This document shows, one piece after another, positions 24,779 to 38,740 of a stretch of DNA of 64,000 bases. This DNA is from Takakia lepidozioides. Lineage: Eukaryota; Plantae; Bryophyta. The notes beneath the pieces are model-generated. The model was not told the DNA's origin. It was given only the letters and a program-made list of their open reading frames with translations, and ran no database searches. A program made the translations under genes and the position numbers. The stretch covers positions 69,998,001 to 70,062,000 of the forward strand of contig CM060733.1 in NCBI GenBank assembly GCA_030704615.1, given 5' to 3'. Every line of letters begins with the position of its first letter. Position 1 is the stretch's first letter.

Positions 24779-27700
24779 TGTGCGAACCGGAGATTCTGAG
24801 TTCTTTTATACTCGGGGCGAGTGTTTCCCATTGGTCGCCATATATGTAGATGCATATATTGGTACAAATTTCTTTTCAGATCGTTTTTGATCTTAAGGCA
24901 GATAGTTTAGGCATTGTACTACCAAAGCAGGGCAGTTTGCGAGTTATCTGGAAATCGATGGTAAAGCACGTAGGAATTTAGATTATGTTTGAGACGACCA
25001 GGAGGAGCTCTGGCATCAAAATGACCGTAGGGAGCTGCATCGACAGCGAGTTAGGCTGTCAATTCAGTACCAGTAACGACAACATGCACATGTTCGAAAC
25101 AATACATGGCGACTGTTCTAGTCCGGGATTGCGATCTCTCTATTCTCCCGCCTTTCAAGTCCAGTAGGAGCACGCGGCGAGGAGTCTTGGCAATTGGAGG
25201 AAACAATTTGTACAGCGATGAAATATCGCGACAAAGCAAGTGCTGCATCGGAGCAAACGACGGGTGAAGGAGCTTCCCGGCGAAGTTTTGAACTCCTCAG
25301 CGATGCAAAGTGTGTAGGAGGAAACTCTAGATGATCTGTGACCCAGTGGCAGGGCCAAAGACCCCCTGTGGGCACCACCAGTATTTTTACTGCCAGGAAG
25401 CGGGCAGACCGCCTATATGGTGAAACCATGGAAACCAACCAAAGGTGTGGCTTTTCTTCTCCGATTTCTTTGAGATTTTACGGGCAGCTACAAGCCATCT
25501 AATTATAATTTTTCACCAAGTTTGGGGATTTTTGGAGGTGATGAGAGATAGCATCAAATTATCACGCCGGAGGCAGTTGCGAAAAGGCGATTCTAGCTCA
25601 TCCAATGGATGAAAACTGGAAATTCGACCTGCAAGCTGGAGGGATGAGAAGACAACCTAGCGCCAACTGTTCATCCATTGGATGGATGAAAAACCAGATT
25701 TATCATTAACACCAAGGTTTTCCATCCATGGTTATTATTTTATGGTGTTATATCGTTTTTAAATTATAGACTCATGTAGGAGATAATACTTTAAGACTAT
25801 CCTTCACTAGTTTAAGAGGCCCCAAAAACACAATAAAAGAAGAGCAGGCTCCTCTTGTTATTCAATCTAGTCTCATTTCCTTGTTTTGGCCTCTTGCTTG
25901 TGTAGTTAGTTTTGAGCTTGAGGGAGCTAGTTCCTAGAGAGTTGAGCTTGTGGCTCTCTAGTAATAGAAGCAAGAATAGTGAGAGCAAGATAGTCCTAGC
26001 TCAAGGCCTTGTGGCCATTTGAGGCAAGAAGTAGAGGAAGCGCTCCATGAAGTGGGAGACTTGAGGACGAGTAGGAGTGCCGGAGGAGGACCAGATTTGA
26101 GTACCATTCTACCGAGCGATTTAGTGCATCCCAAATACCACTTGTTTCAGAGGGTGACTTATCATACTATCTTGACCTTTGAATTCATTTGTTTCATTTG
26201 TTGTTCAAGCTTGTTCCAAAAAGGGACCTTATAGCATTGTTTGCTAAAAATCTATAAAAACTGAGATGGCAATCTTGAACGTGCAGGACTTGCGGTGCTC
26301 GACAAGACCTCCTCAGGCAACATCACGGGACCACGAGGGAGCGTGCGAATATTCTTGTCAGCTAGCCATGAATCCTCTTCCCCGCCAGGTGCCTCGTCAA
26401 GTCTTCGTCTCACTGGATGGGTATGAACATCTTCTTCCAAATGTTGGCCTCTTCGAAGCAATGGCGTGTCCCGAAGGCCCTCTCGCAAGGCCGCCGCCCA
26501 CTTCCGAGGATTCTTCGATCTGGAGGCAGTCCGCATCAGCATTTCCTGCCTGTCCGGCCCCAAGCCCCACTGTTTCCCTTTCAAGAACTCGTTGTACTTG
26601 CATTGCTACATAATTGACCTCACAATGTCCTCCGTTGTGGCAGTGAGGATGTCCACCAGATGCGCCGCAGAGGAGGCACGCCAGGAAGAATGCACTGATT
26701 CGGCCATGTTTGTCGTGGGCATGTCGGTGTCGGAGTCGAGACACATTTCCTGCACAAGCACATGTTGAGGTTACAAGCAAGTTACAAATAATGCCAAGAA
26801 TAATAATCAACGGGACGCGAATTCGTGCAACTCACCTCCCGCATATAGTCGCCGAACTGGAGGAAACGATAATGCCACCATGCTAGCCAACTGACCATTG
26901 CTCCCTCGTCTGATTTCCTTACAGCACCTGACGATGTCCACCAAACCTGTATACATGCAAACTGTGTAATCATCTTTCAAAGAGGATGTGTGTGCATCTC
27001 TATGTACATGTGTGAAGAGCACAGGTGTGAAGCCCTAGGAGACAGGGCCTTAGGAATCTAACCCAATTACATCATGGAAGTGAGGGTAGATGTCCATTAT
27101 TATGTTTAAGGAGAGGGCGAGCTCCCATGAAGTGACGAAGCTCTTGTCAAATTTCCCTTTCTAGCTTAGTGGCAACGGCCACATTGCATGAGATGGCGAA
27201 GCTATCGCCAAAATTTCCATATTATTAAATTCATATCTATGTTCATAAGCCCCCTGGCCATAGAGGACCATGGGAGGCGTTGCTAACTAGCTTTATAAGT
27301 GGTTAAGCTATTTGGTAGAGAGCTGCCAAAAAAGGCAGAGCCCAGCACTAAAGTGCCGGCGCCTTAGGCACCTTTGGGCTGGAGGTCAGCCAAGGAGGTT
27401 GCCTAGAATCGCCATGGAAAGGCGCATCTAACACGAGTGGCGCGGCCTTCCCCCGTGGGGGGAGTTGACCCCTGGAGCAAAGTACGGTTGCTGGTACACT
27501 GCGTGGTAACACCAGACGTCATAGCTGGGCCCGCGCAGGTATGACACGAGCGGCAGAGACAACGGAGCCTACTATTACCCAATGGACCCGCGCAGGCGGC
27601 GGGCCAGTCGCGCCGTGCCACGTAGCATTGGCTGCGGGGTATTGGTTTTAACCACTGGATATTACGACGGACCCTGCCAGGGACTGTTGGTCCCTGGGAC

Positions 27701-29106
27701 GGGTATTTTAAGGGGGGTTTTCTCCCTATGCCTTTGATTTCTTGTGCACTATTCATGGTGTTATTCTTGCATGTGAATGAGGGCGTGTTTTAGCAAAGGA
27801 TAAGGAATGGTTGGAACCATTGGATAGGCCCTAATGAGGCCATCAGTTTGGTATGTATTCCGGGGCTTGTGAAAGCACGGCTCACGGGTGGATGCCATAG
27901 GCAGAGAGAGAGAGCCCAAAGACAGGGATGAGAGAATCCTTGGTAGGGGTTTCACAAGGTAGAAGATGACATGTTCCAACTTCGTTCTAGGCTGGTTGCT
28001 TGCATAAATTAATCAGATTATATTGAAAGTAGGTGGAAGAGGCGCAGGGAATGGACCCTGGGACCCACTGAGTGTTTAATCATTGTTTACACACCAAGAT
28101 GGCGATCAGATGAGAAACTGAGGGGCGGCAAATTTCATTCATCTTGGCCCAGTGATGGTTTAAGTTGCTAATGCGTTATTGATTGGTTTGGTATAGGAAT
28201 TAGGGGCGCTCACAAGTGGAGAGCGGTTCCCCAATGCTCCCAACATAAAGGCGTTCCCAGGGTGTTCCCCTGGTACCTTGAGGGTAATTTAGTTAGCTCC
28301 AGCATCCCACGATGATTCTCTATTTCTACGAATTTCATGCATTTGTAGGAAGGTTTTAATGATTTGTTCTTTATTATTCAGCAGGGTAATTTGCCTTTAT
28401 TAAAGGATTTTATCCGGACCCCCTTAACTAAAAAACGGAAGATTTAAAGGAGATATCGCCCCCTTCCGCCGATGATATTTGAAATCAAGTACCCGGCCGC
28501 TGGGGGGGCCTTGGGCCAAGGAACGGCCATTGTTTTATTAGATCTCCGGAATCACCTAGAGGTTTGAATTGTTATCGTTCACCTGATGGATTGACCATTG
28601 AGATTGAATTCTGGATCATTCTAAGCAGGAGAGACTGACTTGGGAAAGCGGATCCGGTCCCTTCCTAGGAGGTAGGACACTAATCCACCTCGGGATTTAG
28701 GGGGGGGCATTGTACGGGAGACAGATGATCTCCATCTCCCTGGGCTCGGGATTCGTTTTGTGAAGGGATTTGAAGGTTTGTCCCGGCTATAAGCGTGTTG
28801 GGAGTCCAGGCATGTAGGAAGTAGTAATAAACAAAGATTTGGAAGGCAATTACGATTAGAGACGTAAAAAACCCATAAACAAAACGTAGGACTAGGAAAC
28901 GCAAATCGCCCTCACAAGTGGAGTTGTTAAGCTTTGCTTTGCCGATAGGAAGGTAGACTGTTTAGATCCGTCCATAGCTGCCACGGACCCATGCACTTAC
29001 CGCAGCCGGGTAGGCGGTTCGTTGAGCCCAACCTACACCGCAACTTGCCACGACCCCCTAGGCTAGTATGTCATCGCCCTAACCGCGCGCAACCAGGGCT
29101 TGGTCA
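24779..29106 (+). repeat. 3' LTR of element 1, containing a ~0.7-kb foreign insertion
   Basis: Homologous to 14077-17588 apart from the 26263-26967 insert and small indels. Confidence 0.85.
26263..26967 (-). pseudogene. Captured fragment of a Mutator-like transposase gene (paralogue of ~41750-42480), including its intron
   Basis: WWTSSGAV..SWLAWWHYRFLQFGDYMRE and GKQWGLGPDRQEMLMRTASRSKNP match the gene at 42 kb, with the same intron position. Absent from the 5' LTR. Confidence 0.85.
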
Positions 29107-30250
29107 ACAGTCAGATCATGATTCCTTCCCTCCAACTTTTTGAGTTTGGCCTCCAAATTCGAATTATCAATGCCTAAATAACCAATTCGATGTACAAGAT
29201 CTGTCTCAATAGGTGTCATCCAGGAATTTGTCTCTACAGACCATGAAAGATTTAAGTTTTCTTCTCGCAACCTATTTATTTCACTATGAAGATCACAATT
29301 ATTTCTTTGAAATTGTTGAATCACACTCTGAAAGTTCACATAATAATTATAAAGATATGCTTCCCTAGGGGTTGAAGGAACAAATTGCTCCATCTCAAAT
29401 TGGTATGTAATTGTTTCACATCCAAGAAAATTGAAAAATTGAAACCAAAGAAAAAACAAAAGTCTAAAAACACAAAATCCCCGACAATTGTTTTTTTTTT
29501 TTAAGCCCTAACCTCACAAGCTTCATAATTCAGTTTCTCTTTTGATCCAACGTTTCTCTTACCAATAACATAATGTTCTAAAATAGCCTACTCGATTGGC
29601 CTTTTCCCGGCAGCGGCGCCAAAAAGATGTAGGATAAAACTATAATCAACCCTAAAGAAAAGGATCAATCAGTCTAGAGTTCGTTCGCTGGGGAAAGCAC
29701 ACAATTGAATTGTTATGTCGTGATTAGAACACTATATCTACTTCTAATTGTCTCCCAACAATAAATGTCTTAATATTCATCTCAATTAAATTCCTCTCGT
29801 ATTGATCTGCACTTCATCAAATGATCCTCATCTTTTTCTTTCACACAAAATTCTTCCCATTAAACTCCAACATCTCATCACATTAACATGAAATTTACAG
29901 AGTCTTTCATCATATCTTTGTCTCATCACACTACTCATATTCTTCTTATCTCTTACTTAAGCTACTGAAAACGACAAACTAGCATCTCATGTGCTAGGGC
30001 CTCGACACTCTCGCTCGAATGACCATGAATACATCGATTCAGCTGAACTCATAGTGTCCTACTCTAACTACCATGACTACCTAGCACTGATTCAATGGGC
30101 TAACATCTATCCTAATAACCCCATTCCTACCAATTATCATCCCCATTATCTGAATTTACTTCCTTTCTAACACCCTACCCAATTCTATCAAATTATCAAA
30201 CCCCATAGTGCAATTTCACATCCAATTCTTGTTCATTTGCACTTGTAGTG
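29107..30250 (-). mobile_element. Fragment of an Athila-like LTR element (LTR end, PBS, start of a coiled-coil ORF) cut by element 1
   Basis: Minus strand reads ..ATCCTACA (LTR end at 29628), then TGGCGCCGCTGCCGGGAA (Athila-type PBS, 29621-29604), then ORF MEQFVPSTPRE.. truncated at 29107. The upper boundary is uncertain. Confidence 0.55.
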
Positions 30251-31699
30251 TGAAAAGAAAGGGGCATAAATCCCCTTATGTCTAATTCTATCTAGTTCTT
30301 AGTGAAAGATACGCTTGCTACCCTAAGACTCACACCCCTAATGAGTGCATCTACCCTGTTCATGATCAGAGACTAGATGCCCTCATCCACGCCGCAGCGG
30401 AAGAGAAGACATGGATGGGACTGAGAAGTTTCTCCATTTTATGACTTGGTACATCCAAGTCCGGTTTGCATACACCAATAAGACTGTTGTTATGATTTCA
30501 GTGTCACAAACAGCTCACTATCAGGGTGAATACACAGCCTATAGGTGGTTACCTTTAAAAGCAGTACATGCTAAACTTCCTCTAGAATGAAAGCATTGTG
30601 ATGTGAGGATGCAACATGGATCTACCACCATGTGCAGGTACAGGTAGTTCACTGCCTCTCATGGTTTTTCCTTTAACTCGCAAGTGACCCTCCCTTCATC
30701 CTTCATTAGTCTTTCTCTCTTTCCACACAGAGACCCTCTTCATTCTGATTGCTTGCAGAAGCAATCAGTTTGTCAGTCAGTAAATACAAGCCCCTTAACT
30801 ATATGCATTCTACAAAACAAAAACCTTAGTTTGCATTCAACTCCCAATTAAGAGAGTTCCAGAAACAGATCCCTCTCAGTCTAACAACTAACATGAAATG
30901 ACAGTGTCACTTATGCAGCTACATGCAATGCAGAAGCACCCAACAGTCTGCAAGAGATCTACCATGCATTCCACTACTTTGTGCATGCATATGCCAGGCC
31001 TTAATTCTTGGTAACCTGAACCCTCATTCCTATGTTGTAATACTGACCAACAAATCTTGCTTGTTTCTAATCTACAGCATCCACTTTGCAGGTATGATCA
31101 CCACTAAAACCCTAAAGCAACGTTGATTCCAGACTCACAGTGCTGAACCAGAATGAAAAGAAAACAGAATCAAGACAATACATTTTGTGACTGAGGGTTT
31201 GGAGAATCTCCCCTCAATCATCATTCCACTGCAATGCTTGCATCACCTCTCGTTCTCTCTACACCTTCCTGGTTTGAAGTCCAGGCCGTCCCTCCATTCC
31301 ATTTTTCAGAAAGTTATCACCTCTCTCATGCTAACTTGAGAGCATCACCAAGAAATTTCAACAACATCTATCCTAAGCAGAAGAACCAGAACTATCTCGC
31401 ACTTAACTGATATATAGCCCAGTTGAAGCGATGGGCCTACTGCCCAAATTGGCACCCTTCTTGGAAGCTGCTGCTCTAGTGTCTGCTATCACTTGCATCC
31501 AAGGGCGCTCTCTGAAACAAAGATCTTACTTACAGATCGTTCTATTGCCGTAGTTTCCCATCCTACATTAATTCCTAAACTCAAGAGCTCATCAAGACCC
31601 GACAGCTCTGCCCCTTCTACTGGCAGTGACACTCTGTCATTGCTAACAACTCCTTCCTTCCCTTCATTACTGCCCTCTTACCCTAGGATAATATTCACC

Positions 31700-32135
31700 A
31701 CTTGATCACACAAGTTTTTGTGGCACACCGCCCTTTTCCTAGCTACAATCGTCTTCCCTACCGCTCCCTTCATCTCTCCGTAGGCCTAAGTTTCCATACC
31801 CTCCGTTTGCAATACATGGTATCAGGCTGATGCTTCCCCGTAATTCCCACACTTCCGGACATCAAAGCAATGACTGCAACGCCTCTCCTCTTCTGGCTTG
31901 ATCACACATTACCAAGTTGTCTCCTTCCAAGAATATCCTCCAGCAGGCCTAAGTTTCCATCCCTTCTGGGAGCACCACATGATGTCAAGTTGCTCACTCC
32001 CCTACTGAACTATCCTGCAGCAATTCCCATTTCCCAAAGCACCAGAGCAATCACTGCACCGCCTCCCTTCATCTGCCCTGAGCACACATTACCAAGCTGC
32101 CTCTTCGCAAGATTATCTTCCAGCGAAACCTAAAT
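31700..32135. repeat. Degenerate ~174-bp tandem repeat (2-3 units)
   Basis: GCAATGACTGCAACGCCTC..CACACATTACCAAG recurs at ~31867 and ~32047. GGCCTAAGTTTCCAT recurs at ~31783 and ~31946. Confidence 0.5.
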
Positions 32136-33284
32136 TACCACTCATTATAGTAACGACGACACCTTCTGACAGCTGCACAGGTTACAATGTTGTCTCCCTT
32201 GTGTCTCCCCTCACCCTTTCATTACTTCTCTCCTAAACAATGGACGGGGCTCCAATCAAGTCCGAGATAAAAGGCCATAAAGTTTTTATGAGATTCATGG
32301 CAAATTAAGACAAGCAGAATGTGCTTAAGTCACCTTCTACACACTGCCCCTGCTCATTCCCTTGCCCGCAGCACTCTCAGGGCCTCCCCGATATTGCATC
32401 CGCGATGACAATGAAAACACATCTATCCATCGAGAGAAATTCGTTTATCCAATGAATGAAAAACCCACTGGGCATGACTTAACCCCTTTCACACTCGTAC
32501 TAGGTCCCTCTCTTGAATACAAACAACTCAATGAGCAACAATAAAGTTTTAAACTGCCCCCACTGCATTCACACTACACACTCCAATTTTAAATGCTATT
32601 CCACAAAGAATTTTCTATTATTCTACAACATGGGCCAAGACTCAACGCGACTCTTCACCGGGAATCGAGGATCTTTGTGGTGGTTCGCCATAAAAGGATT
32701 GTGTTGTTTGTGAAACCCCCGCAAACAGTCACAGAAGTATATATAGGGGAGTAGTAACCCCGAGAACGGTGCAAGCCCGTTGGTGTCCAAAAACAAGTGA
32801 GTAAGCGTGCGAGCCGGAAAGCGACCAAGGTGTGGGGAGCTGTTCCGGACTGCCAACAACCAAAGGGAATTTCCACTAGGCCCAAAGTGTGCGAGGGTCT
32901 CGTGGAGGAGCAAAGGGGGACCGTTATGCCTCGGTGAGCAGCCGAAGCTCCGAGTTGGCCCGACGGCCAGTTTGGGAATTAGGCGCGCGCATCAAAGCGA
33001 GTAACTATGACTTGAAGGCGAGTTTACCCTTTTCTGTCACATGACTCCCTTGTGCACCCTTGAGTGCGATACACCATGCAAACTCTTTCCTCATCACAAA
33101 CAAGACCTTCTCCCCCAATATGGAACTAACCCAGCCCCCTCTATTCTCAGTAAGTTGGCAGTACATACATCTCACCATGACCCTACTAATGCTCACACCC
33201 CTCCCTTATCACCATGCCACTCCACCCCCTCCCAAATGGCTGATTCAAATTTGACCATACCCACCTCCCCTTGCGCAACCACCA

Positions 33285-36200
33285 GTCGGAACGAGGAGTT
33301 CAAAGCCAAGTTCGACTCATACTGGATGGGCCCTTATCTCGTCAAGACAGTCTTTGACAACGGCTCATTACAACTAGAGACACTAAGGGGAGTGAAGTTC
33401 CCCAATCTGGTGAACGGTGTTTGGTGCAAGCACTACTACATGTGAGTTCCATTAACCAATGAACTATATTTCCCCCCACTAAGGGAGAGATCTTTAGGAT
33501 TTCGTCCCGGTTTGTCGGAAGGAAATGTTGGTATTTCCTATCCATTGACTCATTGGTTATTGAAGCTCCACAACGAGGTGGAGTGCATGGCAACTAAGTT
33601 GCAATAATCCAATGAAACTTCTCCAATGGGAAGAAGTCAGTAGGGCTCTTATCCAAGTAGGTTATTGACACCCTTTCTTGGAGTTCCAAGGGTAGATCTT
33701 GGGATGCAGGGCAACGCAATTGCATTAAAGAGGTGGTTTGTTCTCTAGAGTGAATTTTCGGGTAGTTATTGGAATCCACAAGGACAGACCTTGGGATGCG
33801 GGCACATAGAGTGCAGTAATCTAACCCACCTTGTAGAATTAGAATTCGTTTGATATGGCATAAGCTATGAAAGCTATGACCATCAAATTGCCAAGTAGAA
33901 GACTTCATACATCTTCGTTACTAATCAGGTGTTGTGAGTTTCTTTTCTTCTTCACCAAGTGAAGAACCACACGTGCAGGAATGAGAACAATGGGTTGGCT
34001 AATATATGCACTATTGTTCAATGCATACTATCGATCATCATTTGTTTTTTTTTTATCACAGAGTAATCTGTGTCTGCTCAAGCATATCTCGAGAAAAAGT
34101 AAATGTTTGTTGTATCAAGCATTCTGCAGTATACTGATGCTCCCTGCATGGAGCACAACGACTTCATGCACGGGGATTCTAACCGTAAACCTTTTGTCAT
34201 TTTCACCTTACCCCGCTGCAGCATTCATCATAGAGAGAGAAAAGTCAGAAGCAGTGAGGGGATAAAAGGTGAGTTGTAGAGCAGTGGTTGCTGCTCCCCT
34301 CACAAGAGTGAAGGGCGTCAAGCACAGGAAAACCCAGAAGGGCCTGTGACCTCTTCAGATAGAATGGTACGTTGTTCCAGAGTATGGTCCTCTGAGGTTC
34401 AGAATGGATCCAATCATTTCCTAGGTCAAGAATTTCATCATGAGCTCTGTGAAATCCATGAGAGGTCCCTGCGAGTCATGAACCAAGTTAGATTGTAGTT
34501 AGAAATGGTGCGTCTATTTCATGGGTAGGGTCCTCGGGTATCCAATCTTTTCTGTTGTTATGGGAGCCAAGAATTAGGACTCCCAGAAGCATCCTGTTTA
34601 GGAGCATTTAGGCCCGTCCGAGCTCGAGTCGAGGCCCCAACATGTTACAATGAGCTGTACACATCCATGAGAGGTCCCTGCAAGCCATGTCAAGTAGGGT
34701 AGAACCAAAGTCCTTCCAAGGCTATTTTAGAGTAGAATCATCAACTTGCACCGCGCATATTTTTCTTACATCATCTAGGGGATTCGAACCCAGTCCGGTG
34801 GGGGAGAATGACGGTTTTGAAGAATTTTTTATCTAAGAACTCCAACTCTCTCCGAAGAGGGCGAGCTGGGTGGTTTTGAAACATTTTTTGGCTTATGCTT
34901 TTATTTCTTCCTCTCTCCCGGAAGACTCGAACTCTCTCCGAGGAGGAAGAGCCTGAGGGGAATTATTCTTATATTTACTCAAGGGAGTCGTTGACTCCAA
35001 GGGATATCAGGGATACCCTAGTAGGGGGGTTTTACGAACCAGAGATCCTAGATTCTCTTACACTCGGGACGAGTGTTCCCCATTGGTCGCCATATATGTA
35101 GATGCATATATTGGTACACTTTTCTTTTCAGATCGTTTTTTATCATAAGACAAACGGTTTCGGCACTGTACTGCCAAAACATGTTAGTTTGTTAGTTGTC
35201 TGGAAATCGTTGGTAAAGCACGTAGGAAATTAGACAGTGTCTGCGACGACCATGGAGTGGAACTCTAGCGTCAAGATGACCGTAGGAAGCTGCATCGACA
35301 GAAGATTAGACTGCCAATTCGGTATCAGAAACGACAAGTTAATCCTGTTCAAACTATACAGGACATCTGTTCCAGTCCCAGATTGCGATCTCTCTTTTCT
35401 CCCGCCTTTCAAGTCCAATAGGAACACACAGCGAGGAGCTTGGCAATTGGTGGAAGTGACATGTACAACGATGAAATATCGCAACAAAGCAATTGGACGC
35501 ATCGGAAGGACAGCAGGTTAGGACGACTTCAAACGGCGAAGCCTGGACTTGTTAGCAGTGCAGGACAATTGGAAGGGACTCCGGACAACCTATGACTCAG
35601 TGGCAGGGTCAAAGACCCCAGAGCCATCACCAGGGATTTGATTTCCAAAAATACCACAAAATCTGTGTGTAGCGAAAATACGACGAATGGCGAGAAGCGT
35701 AACTTTTTACCACCAATGGAGCTGAGAATTTACAAGTTAATACGGGATATATAATTGTAGTTTGTCACCAAGTTTGGTGATTTATGGAGCTGATTAGAAG
35801 CAGGGCCAAATTATTGAGTCGACGGCACTCATAGGGCCTATTATTTGCATTTCTACTTCTTGGATGGATGACAAATCCTGGAATTCGCCTTGAGGAGCTG
35901 GATGGATGACATGACAACTCGCGCCAACTGGTCATCCAATTGGATGGATGAAAAGCCAGCTTTCATTTGCCTCTAAGACTTTTCATCCATGTTGAATATT
36001 ATATTATAGATCCTCCAAGGAAACAGTATAAAAGAAGGGCAAGGCTTCTCTTGTTCTTCATCTAGTTCTTCTCTTGTTTAGTTTCCTCTTGTTGTTGTAG
36101 TGTTGTTAGTTTGAGGCTTGAGGAGGCTAGATCCTAGGGAGTGGAGCTTGAAGCTCCCTAGTTAGGTAGAATTCTTGTGAGCTAAGGCAAGTGGCCTAGC

Positions 36201-38290
36201 TTGTGGGCCTTTGAGCCATTTCATTTGTGAAGGAAGAGGGCAATTTCATGTATAGGAAAGTGACTTGGAAACGAGTAGGAGGGGCTGGTGTGGACTTATG
36301 GACGAGAGCCCAAGTGGAGGCCGCATAGAGTACCATTACTTGAGTCGATAGAGCATCCCAAGTACTCTCGCATAGAAAGGTTGATCCCATCTTACCATTT
36401 CACCATTTATGTATGTGATTCATTTATTTTCCAAACAAAGCTTGAAGTTGAAAATCTAATTTAGGCTCTTCAAAAGAGGAGAGTGCATTGTGGAATCCCA
36501 CTATTTCATGTCTAGAATTGACAAGGGGAAGAACCCCATAGCCTATTGGAAAGGGTACCAATAGAGGCTTGTATTTGAATTGTTTGAAGAAGGAATGTTT
36601 GTGTTTGAGTACTAATTTGAAATATAGCCAGCTCTGACAAAGGCAGGCCAATAGGCTGGATCTATGATATAAGGCCACTATAAGGCCACTATGTGCTAAT
36701 CCCCCCCCCCACTAGCAAGCCATGGAGGCCTAGGGGAGGGTGGGTTGTATTTTTTTTGTCTTGGGGTTTGGGCGGGCTGATTTCGCTAGGCAACAGCTGC
36801 CCCAAGATCGCGAGCAGTCCGGGAGGAGCCCGGGTGCTGTGCCTAGAGAGTAGGCTCTCGATTACTAAAAGCGTGGAGGCAGCCGTGGCCCAGCCACGAC
36901 ATACGGAGAGCGGGGCCCAGCGCTGTCCTTAAGTCGTACTGAAACCAAGTACATCAGTCGTGGCGTGAGGCCCTGAAGCGTGCGAGCAGAGGGCGGGTCT
37001 TTACCCGCAGGATAACCAGAAGCTGAGACGGACGCCGGCGTTAACCGCAGCGGTCCACGGCTTGGACCGCTACGCGCGGATCTGTGCCCCGCCACGTGGC
37101 GGGGGCGTTTTACCCAACGGGCAATGCCTCTGCAAATTCCCTTAAAGGGGGGTATTCCTAGCGTTCTTATGACTCCAAGAGAAAGCCAAGCGGGTCTCTG
37201 AGCAGTGAGCTAGAGGCGGAGACCTTGAGAGACAAGGGAGGAGAGAAAATACTGTCCTAAAAACTCGGCTACAGTGCGCCTTTGAGTAGAGCCCAAGGTA
37301 GAGGATGACTTTTTCCACGGAGGGAAATGGCACCAGCACCTTAAAATAATGTAAAGGGGTGAAATCTGGCTTGGACCCACCAGTGGTTATTTTATTATTT
37401 ACGCATGCATGTTCTGGACTAACGAATGTAGTGGCAGGGATGAGCTCTCAGCGAGATTCATTCATCCGATAAGGCCGCGGGAGTTCCCCGCGGCAGGGAA
37501 CGGTTCCCGAGTGTTCCTCGGTTCTCATTGGGTTCCCACAGGGTTCCCAAGGGCATCTTTAGGCGCCAAGGGTATCTTTGGATTCCCCACATGACTTCCC
37601 ATAGGGGAGGTATTTTTCCTGATTTTCTTATTTTATTTTATTTTCCAGTATTTCTGATTTACGAAATTGCTTAAATAGGATAGATGCACGTGGTGCACGT
37701 TATAGCCAAAAGGGCATTGATTAAACTGATTGAACTTATTGAGTTGAGGGGCTTAGAACCACCTTATTGAACTTGGTGAACCTATTGGATTATGATAGGT
37801 ATTTTGGCCATTCTTTTGTTAAGACAAAGTATTTTAGGCACTGGGGTAGGAAGCGTTGGCCCTTGCATCAGAGATGACTTGAACTTAAGCACTCGGTGAA
37901 GGAGGGGCATTGGGAGAGGAAGATTTTCCCTCTTCTTCCTAGGCTCGGCAGGTGTCTTGTGAAGGGATTAAAACATGTCCTGGCTATAGGCGGCTCGGGG
38001 GCCTAGGCGGTAGGAATTAAACAATAAAACACAAAGACTTGGAAGGCAGTTACTGAGTAGATTGTAGGATACCGTAGGACTTAGAAATGCAAACTCGCCT
38101 TGTGAAGAGGAGTACGTGATTTCTCTTTGCCGGTTAGATAGTGATCATAGCCACCATGTACGACCACGGACCCCCTGCACTAACCGCAGTCGGATAGGCA
38201 GTTCAGGGAGCCCAACCTACACCGCAACTTACCACGACCTCCCTAGACTAATATGTCGTCACCCTGACCGCGCGCGCTCAGGGCTCGTCA
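33285..38290 (+). mobile_element. 5'-truncated second member of the element-1 family (integrase tail, 3' UTR, PPT, LTR ~35030-38290)
   Basis: RNEEFKAKFDSYWMGPYLVKTVFDNGSL..KHYYM matches 23045-23205. Diverged colinear homology continues to the LTR end GGGCTCGTCA. Confidence 0.85.
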
Positions 38291-38740
38291 CCAGGTGGCC
38301 CTATCTTCCCCCGAGACCATTTCATCCAACCCCCCTTGGATGGAAATGCGGCGCCAAATTTCCATCTGAGGGGGTGAAGTTGGGTGTTAGGTGGCCCTCT
38401 CTTCTCCCGAGACCATTTCATCCAACCCCCTTGGATGGAAATGCAGAGCCAAATTTCCATCCGGGGGGGATGAACCTGGGTGCCAGGTGGCCCTCTCTTC
38501 CCCCGAGACCATTTCATCCGACCCCCCCTGGATGGAACTTCGTCGCCGCATTTCCATCCGGGGGGATGAAGCTGGGTGCCAGGTGGCCCTCTCTTCCCCC
38601 AAGACCATTTCATCCGACCCCCCCAGATGGAAATTTGGCGCCGCATTTCCATCCGGGGGGATGAAGTTGGGTGCCAGGTGGCCCTCTCTTCCCCCGAGAC
38701 CATTTCATCCGACCCCCCCTGATGGAAATTCGACGCCAAG
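38291..38740. repeat. ~96-bp tandem repeat (about 5 units), each with a hairpin built on the GGAAAT..ATTTCC palindrome
   Basis: CCAGGTGGCCCTCTCTTCCCCCGAGACCATTTCATCC recurs at ~38291, 38387, 38483, 38579 and 38674. Confidence 0.9.

Larger units (their letters stand above)
14077..29106 (+). mobile_element. Ty3/gypsy LTR retrotransposon (non-chromovirus type), degenerate, with ~3.6-kb LTRs
   Basis: Paired LTRs, tRNA-Gly PBS, PR-RT-RH-INT order, and a PPT before the 3' LTR. Confidence 0.93.
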
